This document shows, one piece after another, positions 11,485-20,680 of a stretch of 64,000 nucleotides of DNA. How positions within the stretch are numbered: the stretch's first letter is position 1; each line of letters starts with the position of its first letter. Origin of the DNA: Acidobacteriota bacterium (GTDB lineage Bacteria; Acidobacteriota; JAAYUB01); the NCBI GenBank assembly GCA_018001935.1, contig JAGNHB010000018.1:14286-78285 (forward strand). The letters run 5' to 3'. The position numbers and the translations under genes were made by a program. The notes under the pieces were generated by a model. The model made no database searches. It was not told the DNA's origin and was given only the letters and a program-made list of their open reading frames with translations.

Positions 11485-14349
11485 CTACTCCAGCTCCAGG
11501 CCGGGGTAACAGCCCAGGGCGGAGCCGTCCAGCGGGAGGATCCGGAGGTCCCCCGCCAACGGCTGGGTGCTCTCCGCCCTGATCCAGGCCACCTCCGGCG
11601 CTTCCGCCCCGAAGAGGTCCTCCAGGGAGGCCGACAGGACGGCCCCCGCCGGGAGGGTCGCCGCGTGGGCAGCACGTTGCGTCCCGGCGGCGTTGAAGCC
11701 CCGCAGGGTGACCTCCGCGGTGGACGCCGACACGTTGGTGAGCCGGAGCCGGGACACGGAAACCCCGGGTGTGCCCGTGAGCGGGAAGCAGAACTTCTTC
11801 AGACCGCTTTCGAAGGCCTCGAGGCCGTCGAAGCGGAAGGGGGCCGTCCGGGAGACCATGAGTTCGAAGCCCATCATCCGACGGGCGCCGTCCAGCCGGA
11901 ACCAGGCCGCCCCGGGGTAGTGGCCGCCCAGCACGGCCCAGACCTCGCGGGTGAGCTGCTGCCGGCCGTAGAGGCCCACGTAGGCGGTGGAGAGGGGGTT
12001 GCCGTCACGGTCGCGGATGTCCACGGTGCAGGTGTTGCCGGCGTTGTCCAGGTTGGTGAAGGTCACCCCGGTGAACCACTCGGCGTCGTCCGGGACCTCG
12101 TTGAAGACGAGGGTGAAGAGGGCGGAAGCGCCGGCGGTCTCCCCGTCCTTGGCCGACGCGTTGAGCGGGCGCGCCGGCAGCCCCGCGAGCCCCTGGTCGC
12201 CCAGTTTCCCGAAGAGTTCGAAGCCGAGGAGGGGCGTCTCGGCGTGGGCCCGGACGTACCGGATCCGGCCGGGGTCCTCGAGGTCGGCGAAGACCTGTTC
12301 CACCAGGCGGACCGCCTTGCCGTTCCCGGGAAGGAGGACCGACCGGGTGGCCAGTTTCTCGCCGGAGTCGGCGTAGGCGTCCAGGTCGGCCTGGACGGGC
12401 CCCGTGCCGGGGTTGACGAGGGTGATCCCCGTGTAGAAGGCCCCGGACTGTCCCGGGGAGACGAAGACGTAGGGGAAGACCAGGTCCGTGTCCCCGTCCG
12501 TCTCGTCGAGGGGAAGGGTCACCAGGGCCTGCCCGTCGGCGGTCCCGAAGGCCAGCACCCCCGCGAGGGCGGTGCGGGTGGAGATCGTCATCCAGGGGTC
12601 GCGGGCGAGGGTTTCCGGCGTGAAGTCGGCGGCGGCGTCCAGGGTGAACTGCTCGCCGGCCCCCAGACTGTCCAGGGTCCGGGTTTCGGCGGGCTGCCCG
12701 TCGGCCCCGTAGGCGTCGAAGCGGACCGGCCCCCCTACGGCGCCGGTGTTCACCAGGGTCAGCCGGGTCCACCAGCCGGGGGTCCCGGCGAGGTGGGCCA
12801 CCCGGTAGACCCGGTTGACGGTGAGGGTGACGGCGGCGCTGTCGGCGTGCCCGTAGGCGTTGCCGACCCGCACCCAGTAGACGGCCGTCTGCCGGGGCTT
12901 GACCTTGAGGGTGGCGGACGTGGCGCCGGAAACGGGGGTGGAGACGTCGCCCGCGGGGCCCGTGTACCACTGGTAGGTCAGCGGGTTGGTCCCCGTGGCC
13001 GTCACGCTGAGGGTTACCGACTGCCCGAAGCTGACCTCCTGGGAGCCGCTCTGGCTGGTGATGGCGGGCGGGACCGGGGGGGCGCCGCCCTGCTGGACCG
13101 TGTGAATCAGGGTCTGGAGGCCGGCGTTGAGACGAACGGAGCCCGTCCGGGGAACCGGGTCGTTGTTGGGGTCCACGGCGAACTGGACGGTCCCGTTGCC
13201 CGAACCGCTGTTGCCGCTGGTGATGTGGACCCAGGGGCTGTTGGTCATGGCGGTCCAGGTGCACCCAACGCCCGCGCTCACCGTGAAGCTCCCCGTCCCC
13301 CCGGTCCACCCCGCCGCGGACTGGGCGGGGTTCATCTGGTAGGTGCAGTTGGGGTCCACGTCGTAGACCAGGTAGCACACCTCGCACGCCACGATGGCGG
13401 AGGTGTACTTGATCCGCATGTAGCCCCCCTCGCCCCAGCCGGCTCCCCAGCTGTTCCGGAGGTAGAAGACGCCCTCGGCGTCGTTCCAGCCCACGAGGGC
13501 GATGGCGTGGTTGGTGGGGGTGTCGTAGCACGGGTTGGAGGAGCAGGCGGTGTTGGTGTCCTCGTAGATGCCGCCGCTGTACGCCTGGAAGGCACTCCCG
13601 GCGTAGACGGCGGCGTCCACCACGCCGTAGGTCAGGATGGCGGTCTTGATGGCGTCCACGTCGCCGCAGGGGACACGGTACCAGCCGGAGAACCGCGTCA
13701 CGGGGTCGCTCCAGTGCGTGCAGCTGCCGGGGTCGTTCTGCTGGTAGGGGAAGAGGGACTCGTCGCAGACGCCGTAGTCCACCAGGGCCTGAAGTTCACT
13801 GTAGGTGTAGTCCGCGCCGCTGCAGCCGTAGAAGTGGCTGCGGTACTCGGACAGGCGGCCCAGGCACCAGATGATGTAGGACTCGGAGAAGTCGGCGCAG
13901 TTGGCGTCGAAGCGCCCCGTGGCGAAGTTGTAGACCCCTTCCGCGGCGGCGTTGGCGCCGAAGGCGTAGCAGGAGCCGCAGCCGCCCTGGTTGCGGACGG
14001 GGCCGATGTAGGCGTGGCCGTTGACGTTCCGCCAGTCGAACTGGGCGGGGAGGCTCAGCTTGCCCAGCACGCCCTGCAGCGGGCCGGCGTCGGATGGCGC
14101 GGCCGGGTCGGCGGGCGTCGCCGGGGGCCGGCGGCTGAGGAACGCCCGCTTCTGTTCCGCCGGCATGTCGTAGACCCAGTTCCGGTCCACGGTGAACCGG
14201 TAGCCGTTGGCCTCGATCTTGGACCGGAGGGCGTCGAGGCTGTCGTCGTCGGCGAAGGGGAGCTTCGGCGACCCCTGGGCGGCGAGCGGGGCGGCCAGGG
14301 ACACGAGGAGGAGGAACCAAACGGCGGGGCGGGGGAAACTGGGCTTCAC
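11485..14349 (-). CDS. secreted papain-family (C1A) cysteine peptidase with Ig-like domain and about 480-aa C-terminal repeat module
   Basis: catalytic motifs QGGCGSCYAFG, NHAIALVGW, NSWGAGWGEGGYMRI; GTG start at 14349 with GGAG RBS and signal peptide VKPSFPRPAVWFLLLVSLAAPLAAQG; the ORF continues upstream only as 5' read-through. Confidence 0.85.
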   Translation of the reverse strand: MKPSFPRPAVWFLLLVSLAAPLAAQGSPKLPFADDDSLDALRSKIEANGYRFTVDRNWVYDMPAEQKRAFLSRRPPATPADPAAPSDAGPLQGVLGKLSLPAQFDWRNVNGHAYIGPVRNQGGCGSCYAFGANAAAEGVYNFATGRFDANCADFSESYIIWCLGRLSEYRSHFYGCSGADYTYSELQALVDYGVCDESLFPYQQNDPGSCTHWSDPVTRFSGWYRVPCGDVDAIKTAILTYGVVDAAVYAGSAFQAYSGGIYEDTNTACSSNPCYDTPTNHAIALVGWNDAEGVFYLRNSWGAGWGEGGYMRIKYTSAIVACEVCYLVYDVDPNCTYQMNPAQSAAGWTGGTGSFTVSAGVGCTWTAMTNSPWVHITSGNSGSGNGTVQFAVDPNNDPVPRTGSVRLNAGLQTLIHTVQQGGAPPVPPAITSQSGSQEVSFGQSVTLSVTATGTNPLTYQWYTGPAGDVSTPVSGATSATLKVKPRQTAVYWVRVGNAYGHADSAAVTLTVNRVYRVAHLAGTPGWWTRLTLVNTGAVGGPVRFDAYGADGQPAETRTLDSLGAGEQFTLDAAADFTPETLARDPWMTISTRTALAGVLAFGTADGQALVTLPLDETDGDTDLVFPYVFVSPGQSGAFYTGITLVNPGTGPVQADLDAYADSGEKLATRSVLLPGNGKAVRLVEQVFADLEDPGRIRYVRAHAETPLLGFELFGKLGDQGLAGLPARPLNASAKDGETAGASALFTLVFNEVPDDAEWFTGVTFTNLDNAGNTCTVDIRDRDGNPLSTAYVGLYGRQQLTREVWAVLGGHYPGAAWFRLDGARRMMGFELMVSRTAPFRFDGLEAFESGLKKFCFPLTGTPGVSVSRLRLTNVSASTAEVTLRGFNAAGTQRAAHAATLPAGAVLSASLEDLFGAEAPEVAWIRAESTQPLAGDLRILPLDGSALGCYPGLELE

Positions 14350-14580
14350 GGGATCACTCCGTCGGGGGATTTGGCGCCCGGGTGGGCAACCGTGCATTCT
14401 ACAACACCGGGTTCCGGGGTGGTGAGGCAAAAGCGGGGTGAACCGAAAAAACGGGCGAACGCCTGTGCGAGCTTGGCGCCAAGACCAGGCGGACCCGGAT
14501 CTGTCCCGCCAAGGAGCCAGGCTCGCAACGCAACGAAGGGAAGGGGGTTGCAAAAATGTCCATCGATCCGAAATTCGCCC

Positions 14581-14609
14581 TTGACCGGGGCGGGAAACGG
14601 GGGTATCTT
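14581..14609 (+). promoter_or_regulatory. candidate sigma70-type promoter (TTGACC, 17-nt spacer, TATCTT) for the 14654 gene
   Basis: cTTGACCggggcgggaaacgggggTATCTTcc, about 45 nt upstream of the AGGAGG RBS and ATG. Confidence 0.45.
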
Positions 14610-14653
14610 CCTTTTGAAAAAAACACGCAGGTTTCATCCTGTGACAGGAGGTT

Positions 14654-15406
14654 GTGATGAGGAAGCTTGTATTGGCCCTGTTCGTCGCCCTTTGCCTGAC
14701 GGCCTTCGTGGTGGGCATCACCCCCGAGGAGAAGCGCCAGTTCGACCTGGAGCACAGCGGTCACGGTTCCTCCCACCAGGTCGGGCCGGGGCTCCTGGGC
14801 GCCCACGCCCTGATCTTCTCCGAGGAATTCGAGGGCGCGGTCCCGCCGGCCGGCTGGACCATGGTCAACAACGCGGGGGGCGCGGTGGTCTGGAACACCA
14901 ACACCTCCTTCAGCGATGGAAACTTTACCGGCGGGGCGGGCAATTGCGCCGAGGCCTGCAGCGACTGTGTCGGGACCGCCGAGTTCGACGTCGAACTCCG
15001 GACCCCCGTCATCAACTGCACGGGCGTCACCAACGCCACCCTGACCTTCAACGCCAACTACCAGAACTTTGCCAACTACGATTTCTTCGCGGTGGACGTG
15101 AGCAACGACGGCGGGACCACCTGGAACAACGTCCTCTCCTGGAACGAGGACCACGGCGGTTTCGGGGCCCTGCCCGGCGTCCCCGTCAACCTGAACATCT
15201 CGGCCTACGCCGACAACCAGCCCAACGTCATGATCCGCTTCCACTACTGGGACCCCAACACCGCGGACTGGGACTGGTACGTGCAGGTGGACAGCGTGGC
15301 CGTCAACGGCGACCAGGCCCCCATCCCCACGGTGTCGCCCGCGGGCCTTCTCGGCCTGGTGGCGGTGCTGGCGGGCGCGGGCTTCCTGGTCTGGCGCCGG
15401 CTGTAA
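14654..15406 (+). CDS. secreted protein with PEP-CTERM-like C-terminal sorting signal
   Basis: N-terminal signal peptide; C-terminus PIPTVSPAGLLGLVAVLAGAGFLVWRRL (P-rich motif, TM helix, RR tail); AGGAGG RBS. Confidence 0.7.
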   Translation: MMRKLVLALFVALCLTAFVVGITPEEKRQFDLEHSGHGSSHQVGPGLLGAHALIFSEEFEGAVPPAGWTMVNNAGGAVVWNTNTSFSDGNFTGGAGNCAEACSDCVGTAEFDVELRTPVINCTGVTNATLTFNANYQNFANYDFFAVDVSNDGGTTWNNVLSWNEDHGGFGALPGVPVNLNISAYADNQPNVMIRFHYWDPNTADWDWYVQVDSVAVNGDQAPIPTVSPAGLLGLVAVLAGAGFLVWRRL

Positions 15407-15437
15407 CGAACGCTATTTGCAATGCTGCCGACCGCTC

Positions 15438-15480
15438 CGTCCCCAGCCGGGGACGGAGCGATCTGTTTTTCCGGGGCAGT
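15438..15480 (+). terminator. rho-independent terminator-like hairpin
   Basis: gctccgtcccc-agcc-ggggacggagc perfect 11-bp stem followed by gatctgttttt. Confidence 0.6.
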
Positions 15481-15660
15481 CAGAGCCGCGCGCGTAAGCA
15501 AGCGGCCATTTCTCCCTCAGAGCCGCGCGCGTAAGCAAGCGGCCATTTTCCCCTCAGAGCCGCGCGCGTGAGCAAGCGGCCATTTTACCTTCGTAAGCAA
15601 GCGTAAGAATTTCCATGATTTACCGCTCCCTAACGGTCGCGGCTCTGACTGTTTCCCGGA
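15470..15660. repeat. three tandem copies of an approximately 42-bp unit (cagagccgcgcgcgtaagcaagcggccatttt...) closed by an inverted arm (ggtcgcggctctg)
   Basis: read directly; the unit core GCCGCGCGCGTAAGCAAGCGG also occurs at 37012 and 52911. Confidence 0.8.
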
Positions 15661-15678
15661 GAGTTGAAAGCCTCCCGA

Positions 15679-17076
15679 TCAGGGGACCTCGCCCGAGGCG
15701 GCAGCGGGGTTTCCATTCCGGGGCGGGGCCGGCGCCCACGGGACCATGACGGAGACGGGGCCGTGGAAGGTGCGGGCCCCGGTGTCCTCGACGTCCTCGA
15801 GGCGGTACCAGTAACGGGTGCGGGGGAAAACGCCCGGGTCCGTGAAGGTGTACGCGGCCCCGCTGATCTCGGACTGTCCCCGGCCCGGGATGAGGGTCTC
15901 CGTGATCCGGGCGTAGGGCCCTTCTTCGGATTCCGCCCGCCAGAGGTGAAAGCCCGCGTTCCGGATCTCGGTTTCGGTGACCCAGTCCAGCCGGACCCCA
16001 CCCTGGCACGGCAGCGCCTCGAAGGAAACCAGTTCGACCAACAGCGGGGTGAGGTCCCGGGCCAGGCAGATGCGAAGGTCACTGCCGGAACCCGTCGGCG
16101 ACCCGCCGTAATACATCCGAAGGGACCCGTCTGGCGCGAGAATCACGTCCGGGGTGTAGGCCCTGCCCGCCCGGTAGGTCGGTGCACTGCCCCCCACGGC
16201 GAAGAGGGGGTTGTTGGCGTCCTTCGTCCAGGTGAGGCCGTCCGGGGACGAGGCGTAGCCGATCCCCTCGTGCGAGGCGGACTGGCCGCCGGAGTACCAG
16301 AGGTGGTAGCCGTTCTCGTCGCGGAAGACGGTGCCGAAGGTGGCGTAGGCGGCGTCCCACGACCCCGACCCGCCGTAGGGGAGAACCGCGCTCGTCGAGT
16401 AGGCGGTCCAGTCGATCCCGTCGCTGGAGTAGGCGAGGCCAAGGCTCTCCGTACCGCCGGAGGTCCCATCGTAGTACATCACGAAGCGGTAGTCCCAAGG
16501 GTCGGTTCCGCTGTTGGACGCGCCGGGTTGGTAGAGCACGCAGGCGGGACCGTAGCTGCCGCGGTTCCAGCCCGTCCCGGACATACCGGTGATGAGGGGG
16601 TTCGACGAACTCTGCGTGACGGCCTGGTCGTCGTCCCAGTCGATGCCGTCGCTCGATTGGGCGGTGTGGAGGTCGTCGAGGGTGTAGGTCATGTTGGACG
16701 TCCAGTACCAGACCCGATAGGGCGCTCCGCCGGTGATCCCGAACCCGTCGGCATCGTAGAGGACTTTGGCGTGCCCGGGGTTGGTCAGGCCCGTGGCGGA
16801 AACGGACGAACCCCAAGCCAGGCCGTCGGAGGACGTGACCATCCGGAGGGTGCCGCTCGCCCCGTACCACATCCGCCAGGTCGCCCCCCCCGACACGCCG
16901 AATGCCTCGTAATCGTAAAGAACGGAGGGGTAGTCCGCCCGCGAACCCGGGTCGACGAGCGGGTTGGCGGTGTAGTCCTCCCAGGCCGTGTAGTCGTGGT
17001 CCGCCCGGAGCGAGCCCACCAGGCAGAGGAAGGCGAGAACGAAGGCTGCCGACCGGATTTCACGCTGGGTTTTCAC
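15679..17076 (-). CDS. secreted BNR/Asp-box repeat beta-propeller protein (sialidase/glycosyl-hydrolase-like) with C-terminal beta-sandwich domain
   Basis: repeated Asp-box-like SSDGIDW, YSSDGIDWT, SSPDGLTWTK; GTG start at 17076 with GGAGG RBS and signal peptide. Confidence 0.7.
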   Translation of the reverse strand: MKTQREIRSAAFVLAFLCLVGSLRADHDYTAWEDYTANPLVDPGSRADYPSVLYDYEAFGVSGGATWRMWYGASGTLRMVTSSDGLAWGSSVSATGLTNPGHAKVLYDADGFGITGGAPYRVWYWTSNMTYTLDDLHTAQSSDGIDWDDDQAVTQSSSNPLITGMSGTGWNRGSYGPACVLYQPGASNSGTDPWDYRFVMYYDGTSGGTESLGLAYSSDGIDWTAYSTSAVLPYGGSGSWDAAYATFGTVFRDENGYHLWYSGGQSASHEGIGYASSPDGLTWTKDANNPLFAVGGSAPTYRAGRAYTPDVILAPDGSLRMYYGGSPTGSGSDLRICLARDLTPLLVELVSFEALPCQGGVRLDWVTETEIRNAGFHLWRAESEEGPYARITETLIPGRGQSEISGAAYTFTDPGVFPRTRYWYRLEDVEDTGARTFHGPVSVMVPWAPAPPRNGNPAAASGEVP

Positions 17077-17137
17077 GGGTGAAACGACCTCCGAGATTCG
17101 TGATGATGAAGGTTGATGCCCTCGAAAAAAGTCCTTT

Positions 17138-17223
17138 TCTCTCACGGAGGCACGGAGAGATGCAAATCGTATTTGATAGAATCAGCAATCCTTATATTTC
17201 TTCTCCGTGCCTTCGTGAGATCG
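17138..17223. promoter_or_regulatory. inverted pair of the conserved motif TCTCCGTGCCTCCGTGAGAGATGCAAATCG, 60-145 nt upstream of the 17076 gene
   Basis: the reverse copy at 17138-17169 is 30/32 identical to 37182-37213; a diverged forward copy lies at 17199-17223. Confidence 0.5.
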
Positions 17224-17508
17224 AAATCCGGACTTTTTCCGAGATCATCGCTCTGCGAAACCGCCGAAGTCACCCCCTTCAAAGCCCCGGCAGTGGACAA
17301 GCTGATCCCATTATAGGGGGGGGTGGATTGAAGTCAAGCCGAAATACGGTTAACTTATTGACGGATCTTGTGGATAATAGCGTTGGGCTTTCTTCGTCCA
17401 TTTACTGTGAAGCCCGAAACTCCCGGAACGATGCGGCCTGTTCCACCCGCGGCGGAAAGGGTGACGGCAACCCCGGGACCGCTCCAGGGCGATCCCGGGG
17501 CGCCGCCT

Positions 17509-19128
17509 TCACGGCAGGCCGAGGTAACTGACCAGGCGCGACTGGTCGACCGCTTCGAGGAACACGTCCCCGAAGATGGGGTGGTCGCTGGTGACCATCA
17601 TCCATACGGCGTCGTTCAGCATGCCCGGGAGGACCGTGACCATGTCTTCGGAACGGCTGCCGCCGGCGAGGAGGAACCCCGCCGGGGAGTCGTAGGTGCC
17701 GACAAGGCTCCCATCCGATGCGAAGGCCTTGACGGTATAAGTGGCGTCAAAGGCTGTCCGGTTGGTGAGGCGCAGCCAGGTCCGCCAGTTCGCAGTGCAG
17801 CGGACCACCGGGAAGAACAGAGCCTTCCGGGACTTGTCGGCTGCCGGCAGGCCGTCGAAGCGGAAGGTGGAGGCGGTTCCGCCGCGGGTCAGGTAGAGTT
17901 CGAAGCCGAGGGCCGGATCGGGCGATGAGACGGTCAGGTAATCGGCCTCGGGGTGGACCGTTCCGTCGAAGACGCTCCAGACTTCCCGGGTGTACTGCTC
18001 CATGGGGTGGATGAGGCGATCCGCCGAGGCCAGGAGGGCGCCGCCCGTGTCCCGCAATTCCGCGTGAAGCGTCTGGTCCGTGGTGGAGAGGTTGCAGAAG
18101 GTGACGCCGGTGTACCAGTTGGTGTTGTCCGGGATTTCGTTGAAGAGGAGTGCCGTGGTGACCCGGTCGGGAGCGCTCTCGAGGCTGCCCCCGCCGGGAA
18201 CCCCTGCGGTCAGGACGCCGCCGGCCCGGTTGAAGGCCGGGAGGCCGGCCAGGCCCGGGCTGCCGAAGTTCCCGAAGAGTTCGAAACCGATGAGGTTCCG
18301 GTCGGAGGCGACGTCCACCAGACGGATGGTGGAGGGGTCCGCCACGCCCGGGAAGCACTCGTTGATGAGACGGACATACTTGCCCATGGCGGGGATGGGC
18401 ACGCTCACGGTGCTCAGGAGGACGCCGGGCTCGCTGTAGGCCTTCAGCTCCACCGTCGCCGCCGCGGGCTTGGTGTTGATGAGGGTGAGCCCCGTGTACC
18501 ACCCCAGGGCCAGCACCACGTAGGGGAAAGTCAGGGCACGGCTGGAGCCGGCCACCATCGGCATGACCACCTGGGAGAGCCCGTCCGTGGTCCCGAACTC
18601 CAGGGCGCCGCGGAGGGGGGCTTCCGAGGACACGGTGATCCAGAGGTCCTGCTGGTACACCGCGGGGTCGAAGAGGGTGTTCACGTCGCGCTGCAGGTGG
18701 GCCCCGGGGGCCAGGGCCGGGGACTTGTACGTCTGGAGCGGTGTGCCCGAGGGGTGGTAGGCGGTGAAGACCACGGGCTCGGCGCCGGCGCCGGTGTTGG
18801 TCACCTGGAGTACCGTCCACCAGGTGGCGGAGCTGGCCGAGTGGGAGGCGTAGAGGAGGGAAGGCGCCGGGGTCAGGAAGCCCCCGGTGAGCTTGAAGGC
18901 GCCGCCGGCGGAAGGGCCGGCGTCGGCCTGGCCGATGACGCCGTCGAGGCCGAAGGGGCGGGCCAGGTCGTACGCGAAGCCCCCCCCGCCGTCCACGGTG
19001 TTCCAGCTCAGGTCGTAGGGCCCGCCGGTCTGGGCCGCGGCGGGGAGCAGCGCGGCGAGGACGAGGGCCGACAGCAGGCCCGGCCGGATTCTGAACGGGT
19101 GTTTCCACATGGCGCACCCCCCGCTCAC
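17509..19128 (-). CDS. secreted repeat-domain protein, paralogous to the C-terminal module of the C1 peptidase
   Basis: signal peptide; shared motifs LIGFELFGNFGSPGLAGLPA, LLFNEIPDNTNWYTGVTF, REVWSVF, LGFELYLTRGG...FRFDGL; GTG start at 19128 overlaps the upstream stop (alternative ATG at 19110). Confidence 0.7.
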   Translation of the reverse strand: MSGGCAMWKHPFRIRPGLLSALVLAALLPAAAQTGGPYDLSWNTVDGGGGFAYDLARPFGLDGVIGQADAGPSAGGAFKLTGGFLTPAPSLLYASHSASSATWWTVLQVTNTGAGAEPVVFTAYHPSGTPLQTYKSPALAPGAHLQRDVNTLFDPAVYQQDLWITVSSEAPLRGALEFGTTDGLSQVVMPMVAGSSRALTFPYVVLALGWYTGLTLINTKPAAATVELKAYSEPGVLLSTVSVPIPAMGKYVRLINECFPGVADPSTIRLVDVASDRNLIGFELFGNFGSPGLAGLPAFNRAGGVLTAGVPGGGSLESAPDRVTTALLFNEIPDNTNWYTGVTFCNLSTTDQTLHAELRDTGGALLASADRLIHPMEQYTREVWSVFDGTVHPEADYLTVSSPDPALGFELYLTRGGTASTFRFDGLPAADKSRKALFFPVVRCTANWRTWLRLTNRTAFDATYTVKAFASDGSLVGTYDSPAGFLLAGGSRSEDMVTVLPGMLNDAVWMMVTSDHPIFGDVFLEAVDQSRLVSYLGLP

Positions 19129-20171
19129 TTGAAGACTTCCTGCTTGATGACCAGGACGTTGAAGGTGATGCCGTCGTGCATGGACGCCAGGTCCTCGTTG
19201 AAGATCGTCCAGCGGTCCCGGAGGGGGTTGTACCAGACCCCGACCACGTGGTTGTGGTACGCGGCGCCCGTGATGAAGTTGCGGGTCACGAAGACCAGGG
19301 CGTACGGGTCGCCGTTGAGGAGCGGGTGATTGATTTCCGTGAAGTTGTCGTTGACATTGGATGTGGTGGTCAGGTGGGTGAACGCCATCCGGTGGTCCCC
19401 CGTGGTCCGGATGGCGCCGTTGCGAACCTCCAGGGCGGTCCCGCCGCCCTCCCCGCGGTAGACGGCGCGGACACCGGCCCCGTCGTACCCGTTCTGTACG
19501 GTTTCACCGTGGACCCCGACCCCGCCGCCGCCGGAGGCGTTGCTGGCGAAGCCGGCGGTCCCGACGGCGTGGGAGAGCGCGCCGCTGTTGCCGATGACGG
19601 CGTACCCCTCGTCGACGGCCGCGTTGTAAGCCTGTACGGTGGCACAGGCCTCCGGGCCGAAGGTCCCGCCGGAACCGGCGCCGCGCGCGGACACCGCCCG
19701 ACCGCAGGTGGTGGCGTTGTTCTCGACGTAGAGAGCGGAGGCGGTCCGGATTCCCCGGATCTCGGCGCCGCAGCGCAGGCCGAGGGCGTAGGGGGCGGCG
19801 GTGAGTAGCTGGCGCGGGGTCAGGTCGGTGTAGGCCCCGGCGTCGGCCCCGGGCCGGACGGAGATTTGAAGGTAGAGAATCTGCCCGTTGAAGATGCCTT
19901 CCCCGAAGTCCAGGAGGGTGCTGAACAGGCCGTTGGCCACCACCAGGTCGTTGACGGTGACGGTGGAGCCCACCTGGGAGCTTGTCGAGAGGCCTTCGAA
20001 GAGCTTGAACTCGAAGTCGTAGGCCCCGTTGGCGGGGAGGCCGTCGTCCGCCAGGCGGCCCTGGTAGGTGATGCCGGTGCCCACGGGAGCGGGTGCGAGG
20101 CGGAGTTCCCCCGCGGCCAGGCACCCGAAGGCGGTGAAAAGGACCCACAGCAGGCAGAGTGCTCGATACAT
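19125..20171 (-). CDS. secreted hypothetical protein with phage-tail-fibre-like N-terminal region
   Basis: signal peptide MYRALCLLWVLFTAFGCLAAG; N-terminal pattern ITYQGRLADDGLPANGAYDFEFKLF...VVANGLFSTLLDFG, common in tail-fibre-like secreted proteins. Confidence 0.65.
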   Translation of the reverse strand: MYRALCLLWVLFTAFGCLAAGELRLAPAPVGTGITYQGRLADDGLPANGAYDFEFKLFEGLSTSSQVGSTVTVNDLVVANGLFSTLLDFGEGIFNGQILYLQISVRPGADAGAYTDLTPRQLLTAAPYALGLRCGAEIRGIRTASALYVENNATTCGRAVSARGAGSGGTFGPEACATVQAYNAAVDEGYAVIGNSGALSHAVGTAGFASNASGGGGVGVHGETVQNGYDGAGVRAVYRGEGGGTALEVRNGAIRTTGDHRMAFTHLTTTSNVNDNFTEINHPLLNGDPYALVFVTRNFITGAAYHNHVVGVWYNPLRDRWTIFNEDLASMHDGITFNVLVIKQEVFK

Positions 20172-20299
20172 GGCAACCTCCTGGATCAGGTATTTTTCGG
20201 ATCTGTGACCGGGGATGCCCCGGTTTTCGGCGTCGATTCACGAAGTTGACAACATTATACACAGGACACGGCGGGGGGCGCAACCGGAAAGGCACTCCA

Positions 20300-20400
20300 G
20301 GGAGGGTGCCCGACACGGAAATGGAACCACGAAATACACGGAAGACACGAAAGGGAAAAGAACCACGAACCACACCAACCACACGAACCGCCTCCGCGGT
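20300..20400. repeat. CACGAAC/ACCACACGAAC short tandem repeat block
   Basis: ggaaccacgaaatacacggaagacacgaaagggaaaagaaccacgaaccacaccaaccacacgaacc; related blocks at 46560-46640 and 63240-63300. Confidence 0.7.
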
Positions 20401-20619
20401 CCCGGAGGGACCGAGGACATCAGTCGGTGGGAACACCGCCTCCGGCGGAGCACCCACCGGCCAGGCTCCCCCATCCCTTCGGGATGCCGCCGACCGCTCC
20501 CGATTTCTTGCTCATCCTGCCCAAGATCTTGCTTTGAAGGTACTGCGCTTTCTTCCGGGACTTCGCCCGGAAAAGTGGCCTCGGCAGGCAACCGGAATCG
20601 ACAACAGGTTGGCAAGAAC

Positions 20620-20680
20620 GCAGCCGCTGAAGCGCCTACCAGCCTTCAGCCTAACAGCCTTCAGCCTATCTCGCCTCCCC
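20620..20680. repeat. CCTTCAGCCTAACAG heptamer-pair repeat overlapping the stop of the 20666 gene
   Basis: cgcctaccagccttcagcctaacagccttcagcctatctcgcc; the TAG stop is inside cagcctatc. Confidence 0.8.

Noticed and set aside
11278-15534. Very long plus-strand ORF (1418 aa) and many other 300-1000-aa Arg/Pro/Gly-rich ORFs on strands antisense to annotated genes. Examples are 4804..6858, 9456..11582, 21574..23400, 23021..26254, 28888..31770, 37224..41444, 47915..49771, 48804..51557 upstream part and 56023..61212.
   Set aside because: These are typical high-GC antisense or read-through artefacts. They have low-complexity RPGA-rich translations and no motifs or RBS, and they overlap well-supported genes.
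15470-15660. Possible CRISPR array (three direct repeats of similar size)
   Set aside because: The copies are contiguous tandem units with no unique spacers between them and no cas genes nearby. This is a tandem repeat, not CRISPR.
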